From a virus (Duplodnaviria > Caudoviricetes), in IMG/VR virus record IMGVR_UViG_3300033487_000008, positions 1 through 49,755 of that record: a DNA stretch of 49,755 bases; one strand, 5' to 3'. Below are positions 47,619 through 49,755 of the stretch, piece by piece. Each line of letters starts with the position of its first letter. The stretch's first letter is position 1. The notes below the pieces were generated by a model. The model saw nothing but the letters and a program-made list of their open reading frames with translations. It made no database searches and was not told the DNA's origin. A program made the position numbers and the translations under genes.

Positions 47619-48238
47619 AAATACCTCCTTCGCACTTCCTCCGCTGAACCCCACAGCGGTAAATTTCTAACTTTAATCTTTTGTTCATATCCTGTTTTAA
47701 ATCCAATCCCAGCTCTGGTCTTGAAGTAAAGAACAGGCTCCTTGCTTGTCCAGAAGTTCTCATCCTTTTCTTCAAAGATAAACTGAAATGGCTCTGGCTC
47801 CCAGCTATTGGGATTAACAATAATCTTCTCTATGCTCTTGATCCAGTGTTCCCGCCCGCACATCTGTGCACCCTCCACCCACTTCTTTTTCCAGAACCAA
47901 TCTCTGCCGTCAAAGTGCACCCACAGGTTAGTGTAGCGGTACACTCTATCCTTATGTGGTGGAGTGAAAGTAAAGTATTCTCTCGGGTAGAGTACGTCGG
48001 ATTCCGCAGCTACGCAAAAGTCGGTGGTGGCTTCCCTTAAGCCTATCAGGATTTGCTTAAAAGAGTTTGAGTAACAGACGGGCTGTTCCCCTATGCAGAT
48101 ATTTTTCCCAAGGTCTACGGGCTTTCTGGTAACGGAAATGATGGGAAGATCCCAAGCCTTTTCCTTTATGTTATCTATAATCTTTTGCTCAAACTCAGGC
48201 TCCTCTGTGCAGGCTGAGTAGTAAATTACGGTATTCAT
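47615..48238 (-). CDS. GT-A glycosyltransferase-like protein
   Basis: QILIGL, AAESDVLYP (ExD motif); operon context. Confidence 0.6.
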   Translation of the reverse strand: MNTVIYYSACTEEPEFEQKIIDNIKEKAWDLPIISVTRKPVDLGKNICIGEQPVCYSNSFKQILIGLREATTDFCVAAESDVLYPREYFTFTPPHKDRVYRYTNLWVHFDGRDWFWKKKWVEGAQMCGREHWIKSIEKIIVNPNSWEPEPFQFIFEEKDENFWTSKEPVLYFKTRAGIGFKTGYEQKIKVRNLPLWGSAEEVRRRYL

Positions 48239-48939
48239 TTGAATTGTTTCCTGAACCTTTCTGAAACTAAATCTAATCCGACAGGGTTCTTGCCCCCTAC
48301 GAATATGTCCATCATGTCTGGGGTCAGGTGAAAGTGTACTACCTTAAGGGGTTTGTCTGCCTGCTTCCAGTTGCTTCTCATGTTACAGGTATTGAAGTTG
48401 TAAGTGATGTTTAAAAGCTTTACCCTCTTTCCCATCTCGGTACGTCGTGACAAGTCGAAACTATCTCCCATCACGGAAGCCATGGCCTTCTGTTCTGTGG
48501 CCTTGTGCTTGTAGCTGTACTCTTTCAGGGCTTGAAATATATCCTGCGACTCTTTCTTAAAAAAAATTGTCCCCGCAGCCCACATAGGCATCCTGCCGTA
48601 GTTACACACTCCCATGTCATAGCCCCTCATATCCAACCCTGCAAATTGGTTGACCTGAAAAGCGTCTAGGTCATGCACCCAGTAAACATCACTACCGATT
48701 AGCCCCATCTCAAAAAGTTTCAGAACAGCGTTTATCTTGGATACAGTAGGGCTGGGAGGAAAAGACACGCCATCTACAACCGCTGCCTCTACTCCATTGT
48801 ACTCAAAGGAGAAGTCTGTCAGAAGCCAGACATCCTCTCTTTTCCATCCAAGCTCAAGGGAGTTATCTATCTGAATCTTTACGGCTCTCTCAGCCCACTC
48901 GTTAAAGTTTCTTTTTATGTAGACTAATATATTTTTCAT
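48235..48939 (-). CDS. GT-A glycosyltransferase-like protein (paralog of 920..1627)
   Basis: MKN.LVY, K.QIDNSL.LGWK.ED, WVHDLDAF, NITYNF. Confidence 0.7.
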   Translation of the reverse strand: MKNILVYIKRNFNEWAERAVKIQIDNSLELGWKREDVWLLTDFSFEYNGVEAAVVDGVSFPPSPTVSKINAVLKLFEMGLIGSDVYWVHDLDAFQVNQFAGLDMRGYDMGVCNYGRMPMWAAGTIFFKKESQDIFQALKEYSYKHKATEQKAMASVMGDSFDLSRRTEMGKRVKLLNITYNFNTCNMRSNWKQADKPLKVVHFHLTPDMMDIFVGGKNPVGLDLVSERFRKQFK

Positions 48940-49755
48940 AGATTCCTGTAAAGCTCTGCAATCCTTTCAATGTGATAGTTCTCGGAAAACTTAGCTACCT
49001 TGTCTGCCCATGCCTTGTGGTACTCCCTGTCCTTAAAAGCTACTGCTTTAAAAAGCATGTCCTCAACGTCGAAAGCTCTTACGTAGTAGTCCTCTATCTC
49101 CTTGTTACCCTGAAGGGCAGTGGAAGATATGGAGATAGCCGGAACCCCAAATGAGCCGGCGTTTATCATCTTGGTAGGAATCTTAAACGGGCTGTCCCCG
49201 CCTACCCACTCGGCATAGATGAAAAGGTCTATGCTCTTGTAAAAGTCCATAGCATCCTGTCTGGTCTTGTAGTTCCAGCAGGTCTTGAAATCAAATCCAA
49301 TCTCTTTCATCCTTCCTGCAATGTCCTCGTAAAGCTTAAAGCCCGCAGGAGACGGCACCCCCGTAAACCCTCCTATAGATATCTCTGTCCGTGTCCTTCT
49401 TATCCTCTCCTGGTTTATGTGGTGTGAGGGAATCAAGACCAGCTCGTTAGGTAGAATTTTCTTAAAGTATTCAAAGCCACACTTAGACGCTGCTATACCC
49501 TTAACCTTCGGGCGTGCCTTCAGCTTTGATATAAGATCAGTTCCGTCTAAGATATCAACCCAATCTCCATCCCGCACCTTACTGAAATCCTTAGGCTTAA
49601 CGTGAATACACACGTCGTTCTCAAATCCCTCTTTGGGATTAAGCTTGGCTCCAAGATACTCCGACATCTCCTCAGCCCTGATTCGTGAGGATACGTTTCT
49701 GGTAACAAGCTCCTTCTGATGTTTGGAGTAACTATGACCGACGTAGTTTTCTGCA
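48936..49755 (-). CDS. GT-B-like glycosyltransferase; 3' part of the junction-spanning gene starting at 152
   Basis: DLFI, FKIPTKMINAGSFGVPAIS, YHIERIAELY. Confidence 0.7.
   Translation of the reverse strand, partial: AENYVGHSYSKHQKELVTRNVSSRIRAEEMSEYLGAKLNPKEGFENDVCIHVKPKDFSKVRDGDWVDILDGTDLISKLKARPKVKGIAASKCGFEYFKKILPNELVLIPSHHINQERIRRTRTEISIGGFTGVPSPAGFKLYEDIAGRMKEIGFDFKTCWNYKTRQDAMDFYKSIDLFIYAEWVGGDSPFKIPTKMINAGSFGVPAISISSTALQGNKEIEDYYVRAFDVEDMLFKAVAFKDREYHKAWADKVAKFSENYHIERIAELYRNL
49621..49755. repeat. Terminal direct repeat / circular overlap (copy 2)
   Basis: Matches 1-135 with one mismatch. Confidence 0.97.

Noticed and set aside
1-49755. Alternative genetic code or stop-codon recoding
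   Set aside because: Dense intact ORFs under code 11 use TAA, TAG and TGA stops with normal overlaps

Overview
The window is a complete circular or circularly permuted tailed dsDNA bacteriophage genome of about 49,620 bp; bases 1-135 repeat at 49621-49755 with one mismatch. Gene content suggests a podovirus: terminase, portal, scaffold, capsid, tail-tube/nozzle-like and ejection proteins, and no tape measure. It uses genetic code 11, and I see no integrase, DNA polymerase, helicase or primase. A short plus-strand early arm (about 17.3-24 kb) holds small genes, an atypical tRNA-Tyr and several structured RNA elements. The minus strand carries packaging, head, tail and lysis genes. The main feature is that roughly 45% of the genome forms an apparent virion-glycosylation system. 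It comprises about 8 glycosyltransferase-like genes, 3 SAM methyltransferase-like genes, an NDP-sugar epimerase and a GmhA/HddA/nucleotidyltransferase heptose module. These lie between five predicted structural proteins with long (Ser-X)n '[11 protein letters not shown]' mucin/SRRP-like tracts. Other signals: nine or more leaderless promoters with a fixed -10/6-nt/start geometry, early genes set in rRNA-operon-like boxA plus flanking-stem cassettes, a triplicated GACCAAG..CAGTC hairpin at the scaffold gene, and several micro-ORFs missed by the ORF track. All functional calls come from motif recognition by eye, not from database searches.
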